The notes beneath the pieces were generated by a model. The model searched no databases. It saw only the letters and a list, made by a program, of their open reading frames with translations, and had not been told where the DNA came from. The position numbers and the translations under genes were made by a program. From positions 33,358,201-33,394,318 of the forward strand of contig NC_069005.1 in NCBI RefSeq assembly GCF_001194135.2: a stretch of 36,118 nt of DNA. Direction: 5' to 3'. This document shows, piece by piece, positions 11,201-23,800 of the stretch; position 1 is the stretch's first letter, and each line of letters opens with the position of its first letter. Origin of the DNA: Octopus bimaculoides. Its lineage: Eukaryota.

Positions 11201-14200
11201 TTGGCTGCTACTTATTTTATTGACCTTGAAAGGATGAAAGGTAAAGTTAACCTTGGCAGAATTTGAACTCAGGACATAAGGACTGGTGAAATTCTATTAA
11301 AGCACTGCTTCCAGCATGCTAACGGTTCTGCCAATTCACCACCTTTTGGTATCTCGAAGAAATAAGAATAATAATTCAAATGAGAGTAGGCATGAGACTT
11401 CCATGGAGTGTCATTGAGTATTTTACATTGGATGCTTCCATAGGCCCTTTACAACATTCACAGTCAATAATATGTGACAGTCTATACACTGAAGGGGCCA
11501 GAAAACCAACAGAGATGTTTAAAAATTAATTAATATCAAAGGTAGAAGAAGGGAAAAGATAAAAATAAAATGTAGGGATTAATTTGTGGGTCTTCAGTAG
11601 ATGCATGTTCCCATCACTGTTACATGTTGCATTCTGAAAAACAAAAGAATCGGGGGTTTACGAAATAGAATCAAAGGTGAACCTACCTTAATAAATGTTC
11701 CATACTTATACGAAGGGATGAGGTATTCTGTGATCTGAAGGAATAACCAGAAAACAATTTGATGCTAGTTTGCATTGTTTTATTATTAAAGACATTTTTC
11801 AAAATTTTCAGACAACTTTCTGGCAGTTTAGAAACAGTAAAAACATGGCGGCAACTTTGTTGTCTCCATACAAAATACATGGAAAAAAAAAGCTCTCTCG
11901 ATAAACAGATAGAAACTAAAACATATTTGTGTTGTTGTCAATGCAATATGTCAAAAGAAAAGCTGTTTTTCATAAGTGTGTATAAAGTAACATAAACGTG
12001 TTTAACATTACATTTTTTTCAATGGTAATGTTTTCCAAATATAAAATGGTTCCCCAAATAAAATTGCACTTCATCTTTAAAGCTCTGTTGAAGATATAGG
12101 GTGATACACAAGCACTCAACTTTGACTGCATTGCATCCTGCAGCAGGAACAACTGTAAGCTGTTTCCTGTTCCTTTGTCATTTATTTAATTTACATATTA
12201 TAACACCAGGTTATTAGTATCACCAAGCAAACAAACAGGATATTATTTTACTGGCTTCAGTCATTTGACTATGGCCATGCTGGAGCACCGATGTGTGTGC
12301 ATAAATAAAGAGAGAGAGAAACAGACAGAGAGAATGTGTGTGTGTGAAGAGAGAGAAAGAATATACACAGGTGTTAAGTACAGCAGAGACAGGTGTCTAT
12401 CAAATTCTTACCTCTTTATGGTTGACAGAGAAGAATCGAAGCATGGTGTTGTACATCATGTGTGCTGAGAGGAAATGTCCCAACCGATTAACATGGTTGG
12501 CAACAACATAACTGGAAGATAATTAACAGCTCTTTAAGATATAGATGTCCAGAGTTATTTATTATATATAGATATTCATACTTCATTACAGATTTAATTA
12601 ACAAGCAGGGATGGGTGCATTGTGGGGTTTGAATTAATAAATATGGCAGTCACATCTGTCCTTATTGCTGCACCTGTTTCTCCCCGTTAGATTTATACTG
12701 GGATTTACATCATGTAACCAGCCAATGAAAGAGCTTCTAGATAAGTCACATGACACATTCTACTAGCCAATGAAAAAGCTTCTATGTGAGTTGTGACAAA
12801 AGCAATCTACCAAATGCCCTGGTTATTACCCTCCCAGCAGGAAGGCGAATAAGCAGGACATTTTTTTTCAAGGTGTCTAAAACTGGCCGAGTTGACCTGT
12901 GTCCACAACACAATGATGTTGATCTGGAGTTAAAAAGGGAGCTTCTACACAACAGTGACTCATTGTTTGAAATAACAGCCAAATCTCTAAGAGGTTGGTC
13001 AATTTGCTGGAAACAGCAGCCAAATGTAATCTCACTTCACACCATCATCAGAATAGATGACTGGACTGGATAAAGTAGCCCAGAAAAGATGGGATGATCA
13101 CAATTGGAATGGCAGTGACCAACACTCAATACATAGACACCTGTGTGTCTAGGGTTTGTTCTTCCACATCTTGGAAACCAATTCAGCCCTAAACAATTGT
13201 GCTGATGTAAATATTGTAAAATTGATTCCAATCCTGAAGATGAGTTTTAACAGACCAGAAATTTATAATCTTAATTAACGAAGCAGCTTTAATTAAATCA
13301 CAAAAAAAAACAAAAACAAAAGACTACTCACCCTAAAGTATCGTTAATTATATGTTTAGCCTCCATGCTATCATAAATATCTGTACAGGGACCAAATGCA
13401 CCTATAATAACAACATTAACAGTCATCATGTGCAACATAACGAAACAATAATAAAAACCTCCCTCTTTCTTTCCCTTCCTTGATCCCCTAAAAGAGACCA
13501 ACTAAAGAATTAAAAAAAAAGACATCACATTACATCTATAAAAATGTATCTCTTTCACAACAATAAACTACAAACCATGACACTTCTTTGCCCTGCAAAG
13601 CTGTGTTGCTCTTGGCATCTACTGCACTGCTACAACAGCTTCTGTTCCACCCCACCTCAAAAATGTACCCCATTTACCCGTTTCTCCTCCTCTAACTTTT
13701 TCTCCCTCCACAGCCCCATTACCTTCTCTTATAAGCCCACAGAACTTTATGCCCCACCATCTTACCTTTCCTCTTTTCAATAAACCCCCACCTAATTTTT
13801 TCTCACCACTGGTCAAGGACATTAAACTAATGCAGAGTATGAATACGAATGCCCTGGAATCACAAGAATGCTTACAGTTGAGTGCAGCTATAAGTGAAAT
13901 ATATAGTTGAGTGTGAGTATAGGTGAAGTGAAGAAAGCCTTCTGTCGAGAGAAGTCAAACTTACCAACCGTGCAATAGAGTCGTATCAAGAGTAATTTGA
14001 TCTGGAAATTTGACGGGGAATTCTTGAGTCCTTTCTCCAGCTGAGCTATGATCTGCCATAACACACCTGTATCACCTGGACAATGACAACAGATAGATTG
14101 ATATTATTACGATGACCCTGATAAAGAAACAGAGAAATAGAGAAACACCAACACTAAACATCATCATTTAACATCCATTTTCCATGTTGGCATGGGTTGG

Positions 14201-17200
14201 ATGCTTTGACAGGAGCTGGCAAAGCCCGACAGCTGCACTGGATTCCATTTTCTGCTTTGGAATGGTTTCTATGCCTCTTGCAAGAGTCCTGTGCCAGTGC
14301 CACATAAAAAGCACTTGTGCCAGTGTCTCAATACCATCACTCATGGCACATTAAAAGTGACCAGCACACACTTGGCATCAGGAAGGGCATCCAGCCATAG
14401 AAACCAAACCAGATCAGACTGGAACCTTGTGCAGTTTTCCAGCTCTGGTCAAACTGCCCAACCCATGCCAGCAAGGAAAATGGACGTTAAAGGGTGATGA
14501 TGATGATTTAGGGGAAAACAGTGAGTACAAATAAATAAAACAAACAAAAACGAGTTTGGGTGTTTTTTGTTTTTTTGTGTTGCTTACCTGTTTGGTTATA
14601 AATGTCCAACAACAGATGCATTGCAAGAAGAAGATAGGTGTCTGCATACTGAATATCAGTGGCCAGAAGATCTTTACCTGTCGTTTGACGAGAAGAAAAA
14701 CAAAGGTGAGATGTTATCTAAGAGTCACACACACAAAAAAAGAAGAAAAACAAACAAAAAAGAAAAAAGGACAAGGTTCTTTCCTGCCTTCCAGATATAT
14801 ATAGACCCATATATACAAAAGGTATAACTGGTATGGCCAAAACCTAACAACAGTCTGCCACTCCCAGTTGCAGGTGTTTCACTTCACTAATAAACAATGC
14901 ATGAAATTAGTTGACAACATTCTACAGTGTTGTTATTTAAGCCTAAGTAAGCCAGAAGATCAAATGCATTCCAACCATGACCACAACAACAGCTTTCACA
15001 GACATAATATACCTAAACCATATTAACAAATGTGTGATTTGAAGGAGATTTGGCTGCTAATATCAACAGTCTCTACTGGCTCTAGTGCATATATATATAT
15101 ATATATACAATGTACATGTGCATATATATATATATATACACGCACAGGGTGTGGTGAATAAACTGTTTAAATTATGCAAGAATGAAAATAACACTGACAT
15201 CTCGTTTTAAGAGATATATTTATCAAAATTACATAAAAATATTTTGAAATACTAAAGAATGAATTCATTCAAATAAAATCGCCAATGGCTTCAACCATGA
15301 GACCTCTTTAATATTTCTGTCTACCAAATCCACTCAGAATGCTTTGTTTGGCTTGAGGTTGTAGAAGACACTTGCACAAGGTGTCACGGAGTGGGACTGA
15401 ACCCGGAACCATNNNNNNNNNNNNNNNNNNNNNNNNNNNNNNNNNNNNNNNNNNNNNNNNNNNNNNNNNNNNNNNNNNNNNNNNNNNNNNNNNNNNNNNN
15501 NNNNNNNNNNNNNNNNNNNNNNNNNNNATATATATATATATATATATATATAAAAACCTTAGCTGTCACTTGTGAGTGAGTGCAACTTGGTAGCTTGTAC
15601 CAAGGTTTTCTTACTTGCTTTTGATGCCTTTGTCTGCTTGACAGTGCAGCTGCTGAAGGCTGAGTAATATCTGGAATGTGAGTGCAAGAACAATATTGCA
15701 GAGTTGAGTGTAGCTGTAAGCTGAGCCAACTCCAAAGTGTGAGTATACCAGTTGATTTCAAACAGGAAAATGAGTGAGAGTCAGTGTCTGTAGTGATGAG
15801 GATGGCATCAAGAGGATTAAGAAGTTGTACATAACCAAAGAACATATCTGAGTGAGAGGTGGAGAGTGAGAGAGAGAGTGTGAGTGATGACATGAGTGGG
15901 CATGAAAATCGTTACTCACCGAGTGTGAGACCATGTTTATAAAATTTGAGGAGATCTTTCACCTGTGACATCCTGTCTTCGGTCGGCATGTGTTCATAGT
16001 TACCTAGACTCCGCTCTAGACGTAGACAGGTCATGTGTTGTTGCATTGCTTTCACCTGAAGAGAGAGAGAGAGAGATTAGATCAGACAGAGAAGATAAAC
16101 AACAGAGAGATTAGAAGAAGAGCTAGACAGAAAGAGATTAGATTAGAGAGCTAGAGAGAGAAATACATTAAGACAGGTAGACAAATATCAATTAGAGATA
16201 GAGAGAGAGAGATGAATTATATTAGAGAGATCAACAGACAGATTATACTAGATTAAACAGCTAGACATAGAGAAACACAAATAGGTGGACACATAAATTA
16301 TATTGAACAAAAGTAAATAGAATTTGAGTTCTCTGTAGTAGTAGTGGTGGTGGTGGTAGTGGAGATAGGGGTGATACAGTAAGGAGTGTTGTTGTTGTTT
16401 AGTTATGGGTCAACCATGACTAAATGGACCAATGATCAAACATATTCCAGCCATGACTATCCCATCTTTTCCTTTGTGTGCGTTGGGGGTTTGACTGCTA
16501 CTTCTAGTGCATCAATCAACTCTTTAGAGATTCCCCTGCTGGGTAAAAATCCCGAACATAATGAAGGGGTACGAGACAAAACAATAAAAAAAAGTTGTAG
16601 GGTATGTTCGAAGGGGGGAGGAAGGCAGATGCGAGAGTATTGTAATATAAGGGTATACTGACCCTTTGCTCACCTTATACACGAGTCAGATCCCTGACAC
16701 ATGGCCCCTTCCTTGTGGATCCTTACATAATGTCCACTACATACCCTAACACATTCTCCACATTTACAGCGCTCCCCCTACATACTGTCTGTCCCCCTTA
16801 CACACACACACAGCTTCTCCCCCCCGCCACCGTTCCTCCCTAAATACTTACAGTTTGAGGAAATTCCTGTGAGTTATCACCCATGTTTAAACGTAAATCT
16901 TCGTTGATTGAAGTCAAAAACTGAAAGTGAGAAGAGAAGAAATAAAAACAAAGATGAAACAAACATCAACAATGACATGGGACAACTAAACATTTGAATG
17001 GAGGGGACAGGAGTTCAAGCTGAGGTCAAGGTAATATTTTATATTGATAAGAACAGCCATCATTTTATATATATACATACACACACACACTGTGCTAACA
17101 CACACATGTAAATGTATATAAATGCTTGATCAGACACACAAATATGCACAAAGGTAGATTTGATTTTTAATGAAACTAAGGTTAAACTTACCTGACTTTT

Positions 17201-19587
17201 GTCCTTATCACCCAACATTGTTATATATTCACGCATGTCACCGAAACATCGCGCCTTATCACCGAACATACTAAAATACTGCTTCAGTAAGTCTGCTGGT
17301 TTACCTGGAGAGAGAAAGAGTGTAATGCGTGAGAGGCAACAAAAAAAGACAGAGTGATGTATAAGAGGCAATGAGAAAGAGAGAGAGAGAGAGGGAAAGG
17401 GTAAGACTAGAAGGTATATTTACCAATAATATCTGAGTAATCGTTGTTATCATTGTAAAACATCTTGAGGAGATGTAAGCGAGCGAGGTAGGGACCTCTG
17501 AGAGGCCGTTCAATCTCTCGATTTTCATCAGCAAGTTTCTCAATAAACAAGACGGCTTTTTCTATTGTGCAATGAGCAGACGACTCACTGAAAGGACAAA
17601 AGAAAAAAAGAAAAATATTTCAATAGGTCCCTGAAGTCTGTGAGTAAACAAAATTCTATGTTTTGTTTTTTTTTTACAAATAATTATAATAATGAAATTT
17701 TGAAAGCATTGAATACATAGGATTCAGTCGTGCATAATACATAACAGGAAATCCATCCCCTGCACCCACTAAACTCTGTAAAGTGGTGGGCATTAGGAAG
17801 GGCATCCAGCCAGAGAAACCAGGGAGTCTGTTTGGGTTCAGTCCTACTGTGTGGCACATTGGACAAATGTTTTTTTAACTATAATCCTTGTGAGTGGATT
17901 TGGCAGACAGAAACTGAAAGAAGCCCATCGTGTGTGTGTGTGTATATATATATATGTGTGTCCCCAGCTTCCACTTGACAACAGGTGTTGGTTAGTTTAC
18001 ATCTCTGTAGCTTAGTGGTTCAGCAAAGAAGATTAACAGAATGAGTACCAGACTTAAAACAATAAGTCTGGTACTTAGACTTAAAACCAGGTTTGATTTG
18101 TTTGACTAAAACCCAACAGTGTGGCGCCCCAGCATGGCCGCAGTCCAAATGACTGAAACAAGTAAAAGGTAAAAAAAAAAAGAGATAATGTGGTATGACA
18201 AATTTACAGGTGACATATTGGCTAGGGATTTAATTAGCTTGCAGATGTATTTACTAAACTCCCTGCTGGATATGACCAGACCCTGGGCTCAAACATCACC
18301 ACCATCACTAATAACAAAGTGACAGGAATGTAGAACTGCAAAGGGGACATCACTAACCTGTGGTCTTCTTCGTTGCTGTCTTTTTTACACTTGACAAGTT
18401 CTGTGACACACGTTAAATACTGACTCCAGAAGCTCCAATCATCTGGGCTGAAAAGAGCGAGAGAGAGGATCATGTAAGAATGGACAACGGATGCTAAATG
18501 ATGACAATGATGAGATAATACAGGATTAATTTAACTCTTTAGCATTCAGATTATTTTACCAAATGTAACGATTATGCATTCGCATTGTCTTGAATCATCA
18601 TGTTGCTTCAAGATTTTGCTGACTGATTGTTTAGTTTTACAATGACATTGTAGGATGTGTGCGAGAGGCCGGATCTGGCCAGTTTGAACATAAAACAGAT
18701 GGAATATTTGGCCTGGATATGGTCAGTTTAAATGGTAAAGGGTGAAATCAATGTGAATAGATAAGGATTACATTTGACAGAGTAATCTTAAAGTATTCAA
18801 TGTGATCGGCCCAGGACATTGTGTTAACAAAGTAAAAGAGAGGCAAGGAATTTATAAAAGTGGAAAGATGTGTAGAGAGACCAAGGCTGGAACTTACTTC
18901 TCTTGTAACAAGGCTTGGTAGGCTACGTTGGCTTTGGACCATTCTTTTAATTTACAATACAAACTTGCAATTTCCTTTTTCCGAAAATCAATCTCACTTG
19001 TGAATTTTTCTGGGAGACAAAAATAAATTTCAAATAAGTCATTATAATAATGGTTTCATATTTTGGCACAAGGCCAGCAATTCTAGGAGGTGGCGGGGTT
19101 TGTCAGGTACATCAACCCCAGTGTGCAGCTGGTACAATTCCACACAAACATACACATTAACTCTATGACTTCACCACTGCTGCAACTGCCACACATACAC
19201 TTCACACTACCCCAGTGAAACATTAAACAAGTTTCTCACCTCCAAGTGGTCCCTGCAACAAATCTATAGCTTCCTGCCACTTCTCCAATTCTTTCAATAT
19301 AATCAGATAAAGGTGAATCTCTGAGGGAGGAGAAAGAAAGAAAGAAGGAAAGAATATAGTGGAAATGTTTAGAAAGAGAAGGAACAGATGTGAGTGTAAA
19401 TGAGAGAGCGTATATATATATATATATATNNNNNNNNNNNNNNNNNNNNNNNNNNNNNNNNNNNNNNNNNGGGGGGGGTATATATGTACTTCAATTTTTT
19501 TTTTTACTTGTTTTAGTCATTTGACTGTGGCCATGCAGTTCTAGAAGACCTTCCCATCCCCCCAAAAAATTGAAACTCCAGAAGCAC

Positions 19588-19618
<31 letters not shown>

Positions 19619-20848
19619 ACAACTAGGTCCTGTCACCCATTCTCACCATTCATCACCTCTCTAACTGCATAATTCTGTTGCTGTAATTAATTGCAAGCAG
19701 AGGTACACACTTCATCAGCTTTTCTCTGGTGCCAGTTATCTGTCTTACTACCCAGAACCATTTCATCCAGCTTCAGAGAGCAGGAACCAGGCTAGAGCAG
19801 ACACTGGAACATAATGCAGTCTTTTGGACTTAGCAGATCTTGTCAAACCATCCAACACAAGTCAGCAGGGTACATGGGTGGTAAATGAGGGTAGTGGGAC
19901 AGATTAGTGTGTGTGTATGCATGTCTATTTGACAGGGGAGTATATATACATGCATGTGACAGTGAGAGACTAAAGATGTATACAGTGGGTGGTGGTGTGT
20001 AACAACAATAAAAGCAACAAACAGTACCTGCTTCAGCTTCAATTTTGTCTTCTTTGATATACTTTAAAGTCATCCGTTCTGCCAGAGGAAGATAGAGTGA
20101 CTTGGCCTGTTGTCTGTCTTCAGCTGTGTGGGCCTGGACGAGAGAGAGAGAATATATATATATATACACACACACAATAGTTAAGCAACAATCTACATAC
20201 ATACAGCCAGAGAAAGAGAGAGAAAAACATACATAAGTGTAGGCATGGCTGTGTGGTAAGAAGTTGGTTTCTCAACCACATGGTTCCAGGTTCAGTCCCA
20301 GTACATGGCACCTTAGGTAAGGGTCTTCTGCTATAGCCTCAAGCTGACCAAAGCCTTGTGAGTGGACTTAGTAAAATGGAAACTGAAAGAAGTCTGTCAT
20401 ATATGTGTTTGTCCCCCATCATTGCTTGACAATTTGTCTTGGTTTGTTTATGTCCTCATAACTTAGTGGTTTGGCGCAAGAGACCAAAAGGATAGGGGCC
20501 AGGGTTTAAAAAACATGTATTGGAGTCAATTTGACTGACTAAAAGCCTTCAAGACAGTGCCCCAGCATGGCTGCAGTCCAATGATTGAAACAAGTAAAAG
20601 ATAAAAGATACATATAGACTAGTGCTCCGCAACCAGTATGCTGTGGCACACTGGTGTGCGCAGTCATCATCATCATCATTTAATGTCCATTTTCCATGCT
20701 GGCATGGGTTGGACCAGTGTAACTGAATATAATTTCCCCCCCCCCATACTTTTAGTTATATTTTTAGTTCAGGTGTGCAATCAAGTTTTGAAAAGAATAG
20801 AAGTCTACGGCAGGTGAAAAAAAAAGGTTGTAGAGCAATGATATATAA

Positions 20849-20879
<31 letters not shown>

Positions 20880-23800
20880 GAGAGGGTAACTAACCTGCAT
20901 GACAATACTCATCACTGCCCAGAAGTAATAAGGGTTCTTGGTGGGCTTCAACTTGTGAAGGAGCATTGCTGTTTGATGCTGTTTCTTGTAATATCCTAGA
21001 CGGACGTAAGACATGAACAGGGCAGATAGAATCTCTTCACTGTCTGGCCGGGCTCTGTATGCATTCTCGTACATGTTGGCAATCAGATCAACTGTGGTGA
21101 AACAAACAAGAAAAGCACAAAAATGCAAGTAGAGATGGAAAAAGAATGCAGGAAAGGAGTGTGTGTGTGTGTGTGAGGAGTTAAGGCTTCTGAAGGACAA
21201 CAGGGGTTAACATTACTTACATTTCATCTTGTTTGTTGTTAACACAACGTTTCGGCTGATATACCCTACAGCCTTCATCAGGTGTCTTGGGGGAAATTTT
21301 GAACCTGGGTTCTCATTTCTAAGGTATTTTTTCAATGTTATCATTATTATTATTATTATCATTATTATTATTATTCGGAATCAAGAATCCGAGTTCAATG
21401 CCAATCATTTTACAAAGGGTACTGAATGCTTTTTACATGGCACCGGCACCATATCTATCAGAGATAAGAAAGGGCAAACAGGGATATTTTAAATTTTTTG
21501 ATAACAAAAGGGAGGATTGGTTTATAAAAAGAGAAGGGCCCATAGGCCGAACTTACATTGGTGAGTCTCTCGATAACAAATCAACATGCCTTGAAGTGTG
21601 GCTTCGTCTGTCGGCTGCAGAGAGTGAACTTCTTGTAATATACAGGAACTTTCATCATCCCGGCCAAGATGGAGCAGTGCCAGTGCCTTTAATACCTGCC
21701 AGCAGAAGAAATCCAAGCAAATAGCATCATCATCATAGTACCACCACTGTGTGTGTGTTTCTTGTATTTGTACAAGGCTGCGGATATGTAAGGCAGAGTC
21801 ATAATTGATATAATCAATTACTAATATATTACTGGTACTTATTTTAATCCCTGCCCACAAAAGGCTGCTGCATTTTAAATATTGTTTCCCCACCTTCATA
21901 CAGACATCATCATCATCATCATCATCATTTAATGCCTGTCTGCCATGTGCTGGCGTGGGTCGGATGGTCTGACCGGACCCAATGAAATGGAGGGGATGCA
22001 TTGAACCCCAGTGATTGCCGTGGAATGGTTTCTGTGGCTGGGTGTCTTTCAGCAGACTTCCCAACCACACAGCCATACCCATGTCTATAATACGACATCA
22101 AACCGGGAGAAAGATTTTGGCCCAGTTTCAGCAAGGTGGAGTTCTTTTTTGACCAAAGTAGCCGAGGCACGTTAAAGGTGAGGCCACAAGATGAAATGAT
22201 GGGGGTCTTTCTTACCTTTGCGCATTGGTTATCTCTCTGTTTTTTGAGCAGCTTATCAGCTTCTTGTACTGCCTTCTTGTTGTTGCCAAGATCCAAACAT
22301 TCTGGAAAGATAATTCAGCAGAAATATTCACTTATTCAACCAGGATAAGACAACGGAAAAACAAAACTCCCATAACACTGACCATCAGGTGTGGACAGCG
22401 GACTAAGTCCCTTTTCTATGACTAGCAGGGGTGGACAGAGGAGAAAGTCCCAAACAAACACTAGCAGGTATGGAGAGTAGACCAAATGCCTTACAATGAC
22501 CAGTAAGGGCGGAGAGTGGGCTACGAGAAAGCCCCTTAACAATAGCCATGAACGGTCAGTTATAAATTAAAACAGCCGATTAAAATGCTGGATATAAGAG
22601 GACCCCTAATATTATGGAGAGAGAGAGAAAGACTGCACTGCTAAAGGGAAAATGATGAGCATGAAGGGCATCGGTTGTGGAAAGAATTATCAACTACTTG
22701 AAGTGGTTGGCACTTGTGAAGAGGGAGTCCAAGCAGGATATGGCACAAAATGGTGAAGACTGATCTCAAGAAGATTATGAAGAACAATAACAAGCACTGA
22801 TGCAGAATCAGTTGGAGAAGATCCAGTCACAAGTGCCATAATGGCCGAAAGCACTTGCTTCAATGGTAACAGAGATAAGGGCTGGGGTGAGTGATATCGG
22901 AGCTCTTTGCAATTGTATTCCGATTACAGTATTTCCTTGTGTATAAAGAAGCCGCATTACTTTAATACTTGAGTTTTAACTGGGGGAAAAAAACATAGAA
23001 ACTCTGCCCCCAAAATGGAACAACAAATATGATACGGTCCCTCAATCCATGTTGAAGGAGAGCAATTCTGAATAAGAACTGACCTAAGACGTAACAATGT
23101 ATAAGATGGGACCCATCCTGGCATGTTCAAGAACCAAATGAAGGGCAGATTTTCATTCCTGGGGTCATCCCGATTCAAAAAATTATATGTTTATGTAGAG
23201 CAAATGTTGACTGGGATACAGGGGTCCCAGACGGACAGAATTTCACTTTTATTAATACAGAGTGGAAATTTGGCTGCTATTTCTAACAGTCTGAGAAACC
23301 ACATAGAGGTTGGTTCCTTTATGATGATGATTGTGATGTTTATGGTAATTAACAGTACCAGCTGATTGATAGAGTTGAACAAGTCCCATGTTCTCTCTGA
23401 CCACTAATGGACACAGACTGACCCTCAATTACAGCCATTAACACCTCCACACACTAACCCCCACCTTCCGATTAAAAAGTTTGCAATGAGACAAGTACAC
23501 CCGATTAGACACGTCCATTGTTGTTGCAGCCACCCTGAATAAACAACAATCTACCCAGTAATCAGTGTATAACATTGTGTGTACCTCACCAACCTACACA
23601 CACACACCTGTACCCAACTTGACCACCTGGGTACTAATTAGCTTTAACTGTCTAAAATGACTGGCTCTACTTCACCTGTCTCTATAACTGGTGGAATAGT
23701 CCATTTATTGACTGGAGTAACTAGTGGAGAAGTCCATTGGTTGGCTGCACTACAGCCTAACTACAAATCCATCATCACCACCACATCTAGATGCTATCTT

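Noticed and set aside
12786-13231. 95-aa plus ORF and 64-aa minus ORF in intron 15; possible C/D snoRNA boxes
   Set aside because: No recognisable domain, part is a common short repeat (gaaacagcagccaaat), and the box order and terminal stem are not convincing
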